A stretch of DNA of 64,000 bases from a bacterium (GTDB lineage: Bacteria > Electryoneota > Electryoneia > Electryoneales > Electryoneaceae). The position numbers were made by a program, and so were the translations under genes. The notes beneath the pieces were generated by a model that ran no database searches, was not told the origin of the DNA, and saw only the letters and a list, made by a program, of their open reading frames with translations. Of the stretch, positions 49,606-58,867 are shown one piece after another; within the stretch, counting starts at the first letter, position 1, and each line of letters begins with the position of its first letter. The stretch lies in contig CAXXKJ010000002.1 of NCBI GenBank assembly GCA_963675295.2, positions 1,696,001-1,760,000 of the forward strand, written 5' to 3'.

Positions 49606-51165
49606 TTACTTGTTGGACAGCGAACGAATCAGTTTGCGACCTTCCCGGACCGCATTCCGGCCACGCGGGGTCATGAACACGACCAGCGACACCACCACAC
49701 CTGACAGCAGGGTTGCGGCAAGCAGGTCAGTGAGATGGATCGCGAATTCGGGCTTTTCCACGACACCCATCATCTCAGCCACCTGGCGACCCACGGCAAG
49801 GTAGCTGCGATACACGTAGCATACCACAGCCACGATCACCGATATCCCGAGCGGGAACGGCAGCAATTTGAGGATGTCAGCCGTTCGGACATGCCCCCGC
49901 CGTCCGGCGAACCAGAAAATGAATGGCATGCGCACAAACACGGCACTTAGCGAAATGCCCCACGCCACCCCGATTGTTCCCCACTGTAACCCGATGACGA
50001 TCCCGGCAACGGTGATTGAACTCGTGATCAAGCCCATTTGCAGGATTTCACGGGTGCGATCCTGACTGTACAGCAGCCATGGGACGGAATAAGAATACGG
50101 TGTTATGATAGCGGTAATGCCGAGGATCGCAAACAGCGCCGCGGTCTGTTGCCAGCCCGGTCCCAGTGCGACATAGATCAGTTCTGGTGCCATGACCACG
50201 CTCAGGGTGACCGGCGGAGCGACCAGCAGCGCCATCAATGTCACCGCCCGGCGGTAATAGTGCAGGTACCGTTGCGGCTCCTTCTGCAGCCGGCTCAGCG
50301 CGGGCAGCGCGACGTTGGTCAGCGGTTGCTGCACCTGCGACATCGGTTGAATCACCAGCCGGAACGCGCGTTCGTAAAAGCCCAGCGACGTCGCGCCGAT
50401 GAATTTGCCAATCAGCATCTGGTCGAGGTTGCGGCTGAGGTAGCTGACCAGGTTGTACGCAGCCGAATTGCCGCCGAAATTCAGCAACGGCCGTATGTTC
50501 GCACCGGGGTGAATCCAGCCGGGCATCCAACCGCTGGCGATCCAGAAACCGATCCCGATCCCAAATCCCTGCACCAGGTGATAGAACACCAGCGCCCAGT
50601 AAGATGCGCCCATCATCGCCGCGACGATCCCGACCGCAACCGCGAGGCCGTAGCTGATGATCTCTACCAGCGCGATCCGGCCAAATTGCATCTGGCGGGT
50701 GAGGATTGCGCGATGCTGTGAGAACACGCCGAACGGCCAGTACGAAATGGCGATCCAGATCCCGATCGGGAACACCTCCGGCCGTCCGAACCATGATGCG
50801 AGCAACGGGGAGAAACCGATCAGTGCCAGCACCATCAGTGAGATGAATCCGGTGCTGACCCAGAACAGGTTGGAGGCGAGGGCGTGGTTCATGTCCTCGC
50901 GTTGGATGGCGGCGGTGGTCAGGCCCATGTCCTTGATCACCATCGTCACTGCCATCACCGAGGTGACCATCGCGACCACACCGAACTCGTCCGGTGTAAG
51001 CAGACGGGCGAGGATCACGTTCATCGCAATCTGCATCACAAACCGGACCATCTGCCCGCCGCCAGTCATCAGTCCACCACGCACGGACCGTTTGCCGAGA
51101 GTGGCGCGGATTTCTTCCGTGCGGAAGAAACGATCAGGATCGTGATGACGGGATGCTGGATTCAC
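49606..51165 (-). CDS. Polysaccharide flippase (WzxC-like, MOP superfamily)
   Basis: LARLLTPDEFG, DMGL..A.IQR, NLDQMLIGKF.G...LGFY; many TM helices. Confidence 0.85.
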   Translation of the reverse strand: MNPASRHHDPDRFFRTEEIRATLGKRSVRGGLMTGGGQMVRFVMQIAMNVILARLLTPDEFGVVAMVTSVMAVTMVIKDMGLTTAAIQREDMNHALASNLFWVSTGFISLMVLALIGFSPLLASWFGRPEVFPIGIWIAISYWPFGVFSQHRAILTRQMQFGRIALVEIISYGLAVAVGIVAAMMGASYWALVFYHLVQGFGIGIGFWIASGWMPGWIHPGANIRPLLNFGGNSAAYNLVSYLSRNLDQMLIGKFIGATSLGFYERAFRLVIQPMSQVQQPLTNVALPALSRLQKEPQRYLHYYRRAVTLMALLVAPPVTLSVVMAPELIYVALGPGWQQTAALFAILGITAIITPYSYSVPWLLYSQDRTREILQMGLITSSITVAGIVIGLQWGTIGVAWGISLSAVFVRMPFIFWFAGRRGHVRTADILKLLPFPLGISVIVAVVCYVYRSYLAVGRQVAEMMGVVEKPEFAIHLTDLLAATLLSGVVVSLVVFMTPRGRNAVREGRKLIRSLSNK

Positions 51166-51369
51166 AGGTTGCTTGCGATGGTTGCCGGCATGTGAAAGCC
51201 GCGTGAACGTGACGGGTCAATGTACATCGGCACGGCGGCGGTTTGAGCGGCGGCAGAGGCGATTCCGTGGCAACAGGGCCGGGCGTAGCGATACCTGACA
51301 GGTTTGTTTCACCGTGTGATCGTGGCCGGGCTCGGGAGGACCTCGAAACCGGTTGATCGGCGGATCTCA

Positions 51370-51395
51370 TTTTCACATTTTTGCAAATGTAAAAA
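51370..51395. promoter_or_regulatory. Probable ArsR operator (inverted repeat)
   Basis: TTTTCACATTT-TTGC-AAATGTAAAAA (10/11 match) 13 bp before the arsR start. Confidence 0.6.
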
Positions 51396-51408
51396 CGAGG
51401 GCGGGAAG

Positions 51409-51822
51409 GTGGATCAGACGGTAAAACGGCTCAAGGCGTTGTCGGACAGCACCCGGTTGCGGATTCTGCATTTGATTTCGTTGACGGAGGAGTGTTGTGT
51501 CTGCGAAATCCATGAGGTGCTCGAGTTGACCGCGCCGACGGCTTCGCGCAGCCTGCGGATTTTGGAGGAAGCGGGTTTTGTCGCCAGACGCCGGGCGGGA
51601 AAATGGATGCATTACCGGCTGCGTGAGATGGACCCGGAGTGGGAACAGGTGCGCGAGCGTATTCTCAATTCGATGCGAGACTCGATGGAGGCGCGTTTAG
51701 ATCGTGACCGTTTCAAAGCGTGGAAACAGACGGGCAGTTGCGGAGTCAATCCCGAACCTGCGGCGATTCGTGATGCGATCAGCAAGCAATCCAGTCAACA
51801 AACCATCAAGGATAGGGTCTGA
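51409..51822 (+). CDS. arsR: ArsR/SmtB family arsenic-responsive repressor
   Basis: [28 protein letters not shown]; first gene of the ars cluster. Confidence 0.88.
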   Translation: MDQTVKRLKALSDSTRLRILHLISLTEECCVCEIHEVLELTAPTASRSLRILEEAGFVARRRAGKWMHYRLREMDPEWEQVRERILNSMRDSMEARLDRDRFKAWKQTGSCGVNPEPAAIRDAISKQSSQQTIKDRV

Positions 51823-51842
51823 TACCTGAAGCAAACGCAGAT

Positions 51843-52913
51843 GTGCAGGGATTCAAGCCGCGCCGGCTGTCGGTGCTGGACCGTTACCTGACGGTCTGGA
51901 TTCTGTCGGCGATGGTGCTCGGCGTGCTGCTCGGCGCGTGGCTGCCGGCGGTTCCGGCGGCGCTGGACAGGATGAGTGTCGGCACCACCTCGATCCCGAT
52001 CGCCATCGGGTTGATCCTGATGATGTACCCGCCGTTGGCGAAGTTGCGCTACGAGCAGTTGCCGAGGGTATTCGCGGATGTCAAGGTGCTCAGTCTTTCG
52101 CTGCTGCTCAACTGGGTGTTGGGCCCGTTGCTGATGTTCGCATTGGCGGTGCTGTTTCTGCGTGACCACCCGCAGTACATGACCGGTCTGATCCTGATCG
52201 GGCTGGCGCGTTGCATCGCGATGGTGATCGTCTGGAACGACCTCGCGGACGGCAGCCGTGAATACGCTGCCGGGCTGGTCGCGTTCAACAGCATTTTCCA
52301 AGTGTTCTTCTATGCGCTGTACGCATGGGTGTTTATCACGCTGATCCCGCCGCTGCTTGGCATGGAAGGGTACGTCGTCGACATTTCGATGGGCCAAATC
52401 GCGAAAAGCGTGCTGATTTACCTCGGGATACCGTTCCTCGCCGGCTTCCTGACACGCCTGATTCTGCGCCGCATCAAGGGCGACGAGTGGTACACGAAGG
52501 TGTTCATTCCGAAGATCAGCCCGCTGACGTTGACCGCGCTTTTGTTTACCATCGTCGTCATGTTCAGTCTGCAGGGCGGGAATGTGCTTGCGTTGCCGCT
52601 GGATGTGCTGCGTATCGCGTTGCCGTTGCTGATCTACTTCGTCCTGATGTTCCTGCTGTCGTTCGTACTGGCGAAATGGACACGGACCGGCTATCCGGAG
52701 TCGGCGTCGATTTCGTTCACGGCGGCGTCCAACAACTTCGAGCTGGCGATCGCGGTGGCGGTGGCGGTGTTTGGCATCAACTCGGGCGAGGCGTTCGCCG
52801 CGGTGATCGGCCCGTTGGTCGAGGTGCCGGTGTTGGTGGCATTGGTCGGGGTGGCGCTTTGGCTCAGAAAAAAATGGTTCAGTCAACCGAAAACACGGGA
52901 GCGGACGGCATGA
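51843..52913 (+). CDS. acr3: ACR3 family arsenite efflux transporter
   Basis: [46 protein letters not shown]. Confidence 0.95.
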   Translation: MQGFKPRRLSVLDRYLTVWILSAMVLGVLLGAWLPAVPAALDRMSVGTTSIPIAIGLILMMYPPLAKLRYEQLPRVFADVKVLSLSLLLNWVLGPLLMFALAVLFLRDHPQYMTGLILIGLARCIAMVIVWNDLADGSREYAAGLVAFNSIFQVFFYALYAWVFITLIPPLLGMEGYVVDISMGQIAKSVLIYLGIPFLAGFLTRLILRRIKGDEWYTKVFIPKISPLTLTALLFTIVVMFSLQGGNVLALPLDVLRIALPLLIYFVLMFLLSFVLAKWTRTGYPESASISFTAASNNFELAIAVAVAVFGINSGEAFAAVIGPLVEVPVLVALVGVALWLRKKWFSQPKTRERTA

Positions 52914-53329
52914 AGAAGGTGCTGATCTTGTGCACGGGCAACTCGGCGCGCAGCATCATGGCCGAATACCTGGTCAACACGGAGCTGGGTGACCACTGGC
53001 AGGCGTTTTCGGCGGGGGTGGACCCGTCGAAAGTGAACCCTTACGCGGTTAAGGCGATGGCCGAGCTGGGGATTTCGCTGGACGGCGCCCGCTCGAAGTC
53101 AGTGGATGAATTTCTCCAGCGGGATGATCTCGACCTGGTGATCACGGTCTGCGATCACGCCCGCGAGACCTGCCCGGTGTTCATGCAGCCGGTTCCGCAG
53201 GAACACGTCGGTTTCGAGGACCCGGCACCGTTCTCGGACATGGGGGACGAAGTCGCGCTGGCGAAGTTTCGCGAGGTTCGCGACCGGATTCGGAACGAGT
53301 TGATTCCGTTCCTCCGCGAACGCGCTTGA
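52910..53329 (+). CDS. arsC: Arsenate reductase (LMW-PTP/thioredoxin type)
   Basis: ATGA overlap with acr3; [14 protein letters not shown]...CPVF, FEDP. Confidence 0.9.
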   Translation: MKKVLILCTGNSARSIMAEYLVNTELGDHWQAFSAGVDPSKVNPYAVKAMAELGISLDGARSKSVDEFLQRDDLDLVITVCDHARETCPVFMQPVPQEHVGFEDPAPFSDMGDEVALAKFREVRDRIRNELIPFLRERA

Positions 53330-53330
53330 G

Positions 53331-53510
53331 GGTGTCATCCTGAACGCAGTGAAGGATCTCCAGATTATCAGCGGTAATTCGACACATCATTCTGAATCCG
53401 GCATATCCGGATTCAGAAGGTTCTGCTGTCCCACCATTCGATTGTCAGGAGATTCTTCCGATTCCTGCGGAATCGTCAGAATGACACCTTGAACGCAGTG
53501 AAGGATATCC
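53331..53510. repeat. REP-like palindromic element (GTCATCCTGAACGCAGTGAAGGATCT type)
   Basis: GGTGTCATCCTGA (53331-43) and TCAGAATGACACC (53476-88) form an inverted repeat; TGAACGCAGTGAAGGAT repeats directly at 53341 and 53490; internal hairpin TTCTGAATCCGG-CATAT-CCGGATTCAGAA. Confidence 0.7.
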
Positions 53511-53519
53511 TGGTTCAGC

Positions 53520-53642
53520 GGGCTTGGGGCTTCGGGCTTCGGGCTCTGGGCACAACACACAAACCTCACCTGCCAGTGCCTTGCAGATGATCGATTCGAG
53601 CCTGAGTGTCGTCGCTCAAGACTCAGGACTCAAGACTCAAGA
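53520..53642 (+). repeat. Two heptamer tandem repeat tracts
   Basis: GGGCTTG GGGCTTC GGGCTTC GGGCTCT (53520-47); CTCAAGA CTCAGGA CTCAAGA CTCAAGA (53615-42). Confidence 0.7.
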
Positions 53643-53661
53643 CTGTAAAAGAGGAAGAACC

Positions 53662-54531
53662 ATGCCGGACAACGAACAGATTCGCACACATGTCGCGGAT
53701 TCATATGCGAAAGCCGTGACGCGCGGCACGGGCTGCTGCTGCGGCGGCAGTGACGCCAGCACTCGTGGTGTCGCGGCGCAATGGGCGGGGTATGCCATCG
53801 GCGACACGGAGGGCTTGCCCGATGACGCCGTGATCAACTCCTTCGGTTGCGGCAACCCGCTGGCATTCAGCGAGGTGCGGGACGGCCAGACGGTGCTGGA
53901 CCTCGGTAGCGGCGCGGGGATTGACCTGCTGCTCGCGGCGCGCAAGGTGGGACTGTCCGGACGAGTGATCGGCATTGACATGACGGACGAGATGATCGCC
54001 GCCGCCAACCGCAACATCGCGGCATCGGGTCACCAGAATGTCGAGGTGCGCAAAGGCCTGATTGAAGAACTGCCGGTGGACGACAACTCGGTCGATTGGG
54101 TGATCTCGAACTGCGTCATTAACCTGTCGCCGGAAAAGGACAAGGTGTTTCGCGAGGTTTTCCGTGTGCTGAAACCGGGCGGGCAGATGCGGGTCAGCGA
54201 CATCGTGGTTGACGACCTGCCGGACTGGGTGCGCACGAACGAGCACCTCTACAACATCTGCATCGCCGGGGCGATTTCGGAGGTGGAGTATCTGCAGGGT
54301 CTGCGTGACGCCGGGCTGACCGATGTCCGTGTCGCTGAAACGTTGACCTATGAGCCGAGCCAGGTGAAGGCGTTGTTTGTCTCCGAGGTGGATGGCTCGG
54401 GCGACGACTGCGGTTGCGGCTGTGGATGTGGTTCGGCGGATGCGTTCGACGATCCCGCCGTGATTGACCATGCGGTACAGGATCTCGCTGGGAAGGTGCG
54501 CAGCTCGATCTTCGTCGCGAGGAAGAAATAG
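53662..54531 (+). CDS. arsM: Arsenite S-adenosylmethionine methyltransferase
   Basis: SFGCGNP, LDLGSGAGID, GIDMTDEM, VISNCVINL, CIAGA; RBS GAGGA. Confidence 0.92.
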   Translation: MPDNEQIRTHVADSYAKAVTRGTGCCCGGSDASTRGVAAQWAGYAIGDTEGLPDDAVINSFGCGNPLAFSEVRDGQTVLDLGSGAGIDLLLAARKVGLSGRVIGIDMTDEMIAAANRNIAASGHQNVEVRKGLIEELPVDDNSVDWVISNCVINLSPEKDKVFREVFRVLKPGGQMRVSDIVVDDLPDWVRTNEHLYNICIAGAISEVEYLQGLRDAGLTDVRVAETLTYEPSQVKALFVSEVDGSGDDCGCGCGCGSADAFDDPAVIDHAVQDLAGKVRSSIFVARKK

Positions 54532-54750
54532 GTCTCTCTCAAACTGACTCCAGGTATTGGCGGACTGTCCATTGAAGCCGGCATGATCCGCGGAATCCGG
54601 CACCGGCAGGCCTTGATTCTCGAACGAGAACTGGTGCACACTCCGGGTTGAAGATGATCCATGGACAGGATCATGAGACCTGGCTTGACGTCACCCGTCG
54701 GGCCACCCGATCTGAGCACTTGAACTGCCTGCCAAAGGGAGAGTTACAAG

Positions 54751-56856
54751 ATGAAGCAGTACTTGCCTGTAGTAGCGATCTTCAGCCTGATTCTTGCGTT
54801 CAGCCCGAACGTGGGCGCATTCACCACGCCCGGCACCGGCGTCAATTGGGACGACGCCGACCTCGCGGCGAACTCCGGCGGCGTGATCGTCTGGGACGCT
54901 GACAACCAGCGTTATGTATCCAGCGAAACGATCACCGTCGCGGTATCCGACACCGTTCGCATTAACGCCGATTTCCAGGTGAACGCGACAGGCGTGGACG
55001 AAGATTTCATGATCGAAGGCATGCTCAACGTCGGCGATCCGAATGGTGCGCCAGCGGACTCCGTGTTCATGTACGGCGACATCACCGATGGGTTCGGCGG
55101 GTTCCGTGTTGCGGACGAGCCGGACGCGCATCTCATCCTGACTCGAGTGGTATTCAGCGGCGGAGGTGCAAATGGTGTCGATGACGGTGTCCGCCAGAGC
55201 GGCGGTGAAGCGCTCATCCAGGGTTGCCGCATTTCGAACTGGCCCGGCTACGCCGCCCGTACAAGCGGCGGGCATATGACCATCCGCAACACGCTGTTCC
55301 ATGACAACCTCGAGTACACGATTGCCACCAACCTCACGTCGACTCTGACGATGGTTGGAGATACGCTTGTGCGGAACAACATGTCGTCCCCCGCGAGCGG
55401 CAAGACGGCGATCACGGTCGGCACCCAGGGCGAAAACAGCGCGACGATCGATTCCTGCTACATCTCCGGTACCCCCGGCAACCGCCAGGGCGGGATCGCG
55501 GTCTGGAACCTGCTCGGCACCGGCCAGCACGCGACGATTACGAACACTACCATCGAAGACTGCGCCTGGGGTATCACGGTGCAGGGGTCGGACGCGTCCG
55601 CGATCATCACCGACTGCCGGTTGATCAATAATACAGCCTACGACAACCCGCAGATTTCCGGGTCCGGGATTTCGGTGTATCCGGGTGGTACGGTCGAGGC
55701 GGCCTACAACGAGATTTCCGGCAACTGGTGGGGCATCACCATCCCGGGGGCCGGTTCGGCGGTGGACGTGACCCTCGGTGAAACCGGCGCGTCCGAGTAC
55801 GCCCGGCAGGGCCGCAATCGCATTTTCGACAACGTCAACAACGACGAAACGTGGGCGCTCTTCAACAACGACGTCTACGACATTCTCGCGCAGGAAAACT
55901 ACTGGGGCAGCACCGACAGTAGTGAGATTGCCGAGACGATCTACGACTTCAACGATGATGCCACCAAGGGCACGGTGACGTTCATGCCGTTCTGGGACGG
56001 CGAACCCGACCCGCAGCCACCGGTCCTGGTCAGCGTCGAACCGGACAGCGACAGTGTCAATGTCTGGAACGAGTGGTTTGTGCGATTCTCGGTCAACGCG
56101 GACGATCCGGACGGCGACAACGCGCTGCTCGAGTACCAGTGGATGGTGGACGGAACCGATTGGGGCACCGACACATCCATCGTTGCCCAATTCACCGGGG
56201 ACGGCACGATTCCGGTGCAGGTGACCGTGACCGACGAGCAAGACCTGACGGTGCAGCGGAACTGGACCGTGATCCTGAACGGGGAATCGGACCTGATGAC
56301 CGCGACACTGGTCAACCCGGATTCCTCTGAAGTCGGCATTGTCACCGGCGAAACGGTCGAGTTTTCCGCCGATGCGAACAGCCCGTCCGGCGAGCCGCTG
56401 GTGTACTGGTACTGGTTCGACGGCGAGCTCGTCAGCCAGGAATCACCAACCTGGACGCACCTGTTCGCCGACGAGGGCGACTTTACCGTCATAGCGACCA
56501 TGCAGGATACCGTCGGCAACCCGTGGCCGGCGGAAAGTACAAGCTGGACGGTTCATGTTTCGGAAAACAGCGTGGCGGAATCCGGTCTGCTTCCGGCCGA
56601 ATTCTCGCTGGCGACGTATCCGAACCCGTTCAACGCCGAGTTGCGGATGCGGTACAGCCTGCCGCACGCCGCGAATCTGCGGGTTGGCATCTACGACGTT
56701 CTCGGTCGCAAAGTGCGGACAATGACCCGCGATCAGGTTTCTGCCGGCCAGCATGATCTCGTCTTTGACGCGTCCACCCTCGCCAGCGGCCTCTATTTCG
56801 TGCAGTTTCGCGCTGGTGAGTGGCAGGTCTCGCGGAAGGTTGTGCTCGTCCGATAG
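54751..56856 (+). CDS. Secreted right-handed beta-helix protein with PKD-like domains and T9SS CTD
   Basis: Signal peptide; I.N..I..N repeats, AQENYWG; TYPNPFN...LASGLYFV...KVVLVR. Confidence 0.8.
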   Translation: MKQYLPVVAIFSLILAFSPNVGAFTTPGTGVNWDDADLAANSGGVIVWDADNQRYVSSETITVAVSDTVRINADFQVNATGVDEDFMIEGMLNVGDPNGAPADSVFMYGDITDGFGGFRVADEPDAHLILTRVVFSGGGANGVDDGVRQSGGEALIQGCRISNWPGYAARTSGGHMTIRNTLFHDNLEYTIATNLTSTLTMVGDTLVRNNMSSPASGKTAITVGTQGENSATIDSCYISGTPGNRQGGIAVWNLLGTGQHATITNTTIEDCAWGITVQGSDASAIITDCRLINNTAYDNPQISGSGISVYPGGTVEAAYNEISGNWWGITIPGAGSAVDVTLGETGASEYARQGRNRIFDNVNNDETWALFNNDVYDILAQENYWGSTDSSEIAETIYDFNDDATKGTVTFMPFWDGEPDPQPPVLVSVEPDSDSVNVWNEWFVRFSVNADDPDGDNALLEYQWMVDGTDWGTDTSIVAQFTGDGTIPVQVTVTDEQDLTVQRNWTVILNGESDLMTATLVNPDSSEVGIVTGETVEFSADANSPSGEPLVYWYWFDGELVSQESPTWTHLFADEGDFTVIATMQDTVGNPWPAESTSWTVHVSENSVAESGLLPAEFSLATYPNPFNAELRMRYSLPHAANLRVGIYDVLGRKVRTMTRDQVSAGQHDLVFDASTLASGLYFVQFRAGEWQVSRKVVLVR

Positions 56857-56997
56857 CGGATTTCCGGCAACGTAACCCGCGCCGGGCTGGCCGGGCTTGG
56901 TCTAAAAAGCATGTGGCCGTGTCTGCTAGTCAGACGCGGCCGCGTTGCTCCTGACTCCGGGCTGCGGGGGTGGCGCGGGTCATCTGCGACCCGGGTG

Positions 56998-58545
56998 TCA
57001 TTCCACTTGGGCAGTGACGATTGGCCCGTCGAACGGTGCGGCAACAACACCTCGCACACGCGGCGGATCGAGGTTGACTTCCGGGCCGCCGGTGACGGTC
57101 AACGGGAAATACGCCTGGATCGTGTGCTGCGGGTTGTCTGGATCGTACGTGCCCGCGCGGAGGATGTAGTTGTACTCACCCGACGCCGCATCCGTCGGGA
57201 CATTCTGCCGCAAGTCGGCCTCGTAGACACCGTTTGCCGGGACAGTGATATCTTGCCACACACGCAACGGCTCGCTCGGATAGCCGTCCGGCCCGCGCAC
57301 GATGACCCAGACGTCGGTAACGATGTCGGCGTCCGTGTTGTTGGTCAGCATGCCATGCCAGAAGAAGCGGCCGGGAGCGGGCACGGCGGACACGTCGCCG
57401 TACCCATCAACCGTTATTTCAAGATCGGTGGGATCGGGAGTGAACTTGCTGAGGAAAACAAATTCGGGTTCATCGTAACCAACATCATCTGCTTGGCCAA
57501 ACAGGACTATGTCACCGTGTGAATCAATCAAAACGTCATAATCATAAATGTAGTAATATTCTTGTTGATGATTATCGTAGTCATACTGCCATAAATGCGA
57601 AAAGTTTGCATCATATCGATCAAGTAAGATTGATGTATGATCGGGATACTCGTCCATACGAACTGTTGTTGTCAAATAACCACCATCCGGCATCAGCCAG
57701 ATATTCGCATCCCATTCATCTTCAATTTCTGGTATTATATATTCGTGTACTAGCTCTGCATCCTGATTTATGATAATACCAGCAAGATAGAGGTCTGGAT
57801 AATCATCACTTGACGAAACAGAAAGGAACATATTTCCATCAGGCAGTAGATCTATATTCCTGGTTCCCCTGTAGTCAGTATAATTGTACTCATTCAGCAG
57901 ATTCCCATTCAGATTATATTTCAACAGAAACATGTTGGGATATCCAGAAACTGGCATAAAGATGTTTCCTGAAACACTCGAACAGACGTCATTCGTACTA
58001 GTGGATTGTCCTATTGATCTTTCATCTGACCATATCACCGCACCATTCGAATCAAACCGACTCATTACGGTTCCGTTCGCACCATAATCAGAACTTGCAA
58101 TATAACCTCCCAAGCTGTACGGGTGAACGACACCAATTCCGCCCGCAACTAGTTGTGATGTAAATACAATGATACCTGGATATGATAACAAACAAAAACC
58201 ACTTGAATCAGACACTCCCGAACGGTATAGTGCAAGTATTTGATTTGAAACAATTTCTTCCAAGTAATAGGCGTTAACCATTGGTGGTTCAGGAATTGTG
58301 TGTAAAAGCGCACCGTTGACACCAATTTCAGAAATGAAAGCATCATAATCTGGATAAACACCTGCAAGATACGAAACCAGGTAATGTTGATTTTCTAACT
58401 GCGTAATATCCCAAGTTTTTATACCTTGATCCCCCCCAATAAGGCGCTCCCACTGTACGGTGAGCTGGGCTGTGGCTGGAGCTGCCAAAGCCAACATGGC
58501 AATTACAATAATCCTGCTCAAGTTTACACAGATAGCCTTTCTCAT
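56998..58545 (-). CDS. Secreted propeller-like protein with C-terminal Ig-like module (no T9SS CTD)
   Basis: Signal peptide; D/N-x-N-G-x-L-L repeats; Ig-like module VWVIVRGPDG...QNVP..AASGEY; RBS AGGAG. Confidence 0.75.
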   Translation of the reverse strand: MRKAICVNLSRIIVIAMLALAAPATAQLTVQWERLIGGDQGIKTWDITQLENQHYLVSYLAGVYPDYDAFISEIGVNGALLHTIPEPPMVNAYYLEEIVSNQILALYRSGVSDSSGFCLLSYPGIIVFTSQLVAGGIGVVHPYSLGGYIASSDYGANGTVMSRFDSNGAVIWSDERSIGQSTSTNDVCSSVSGNIFMPVSGYPNMFLLKYNLNGNLLNEYNYTDYRGTRNIDLLPDGNMFLSVSSSDDYPDLYLAGIIINQDAELVHEYIIPEIEDEWDANIWLMPDGGYLTTTVRMDEYPDHTSILLDRYDANFSHLWQYDYDNHQQEYYYIYDYDVLIDSHGDIVLFGQADDVGYDEPEFVFLSKFTPDPTDLEITVDGYGDVSAVPAPGRFFWHGMLTNNTDADIVTDVWVIVRGPDGYPSEPLRVWQDITVPANGVYEADLRQNVPTDAASGEYNYILRAGTYDPDNPQHTIQAYFPLTVTGGPEVNLDPPRVRGVVAAPFDGPIVTAQVE

Positions 58546-58816
58546 TGGAACTCTCCTTGATCACAGGGTTAAGGAAGAGTGTTCCGATTCGCTATGTCAA
58601 ATCGGGTTCCATGGTGTACAATCTTCCCGTTTACCATTCAGAACCGCTGCATTATTGCAAACTAAGACCAGATTTCTGAATTCTCCACCGTTTCCAGAAA
58701 GCGAATAAAAAAACGGGAAGGCAGTCTTCCCGTTTCAAGTCCATACATGTGACGATGTTACCGTGCAGGGTGTCTCCCGGCACACAGCCTTTCGCATGCC
58801 GGGCAACGTAGTCCGT

Positions 58817-58865
58817 GAGACGACAGAAGAATCCCGAGAGACGAAGGACCAGAGACAAGAGACGG
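58817..58865 (+). repeat. Degenerate heptamer tandem repeat (GAGACnA-like)
   Basis: GAGACGA ... GAGACGA AGGACCA GAGACAA GAGACGG with a 7-bp period. Confidence 0.5.
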
Positions 58866-58867
58866 CC

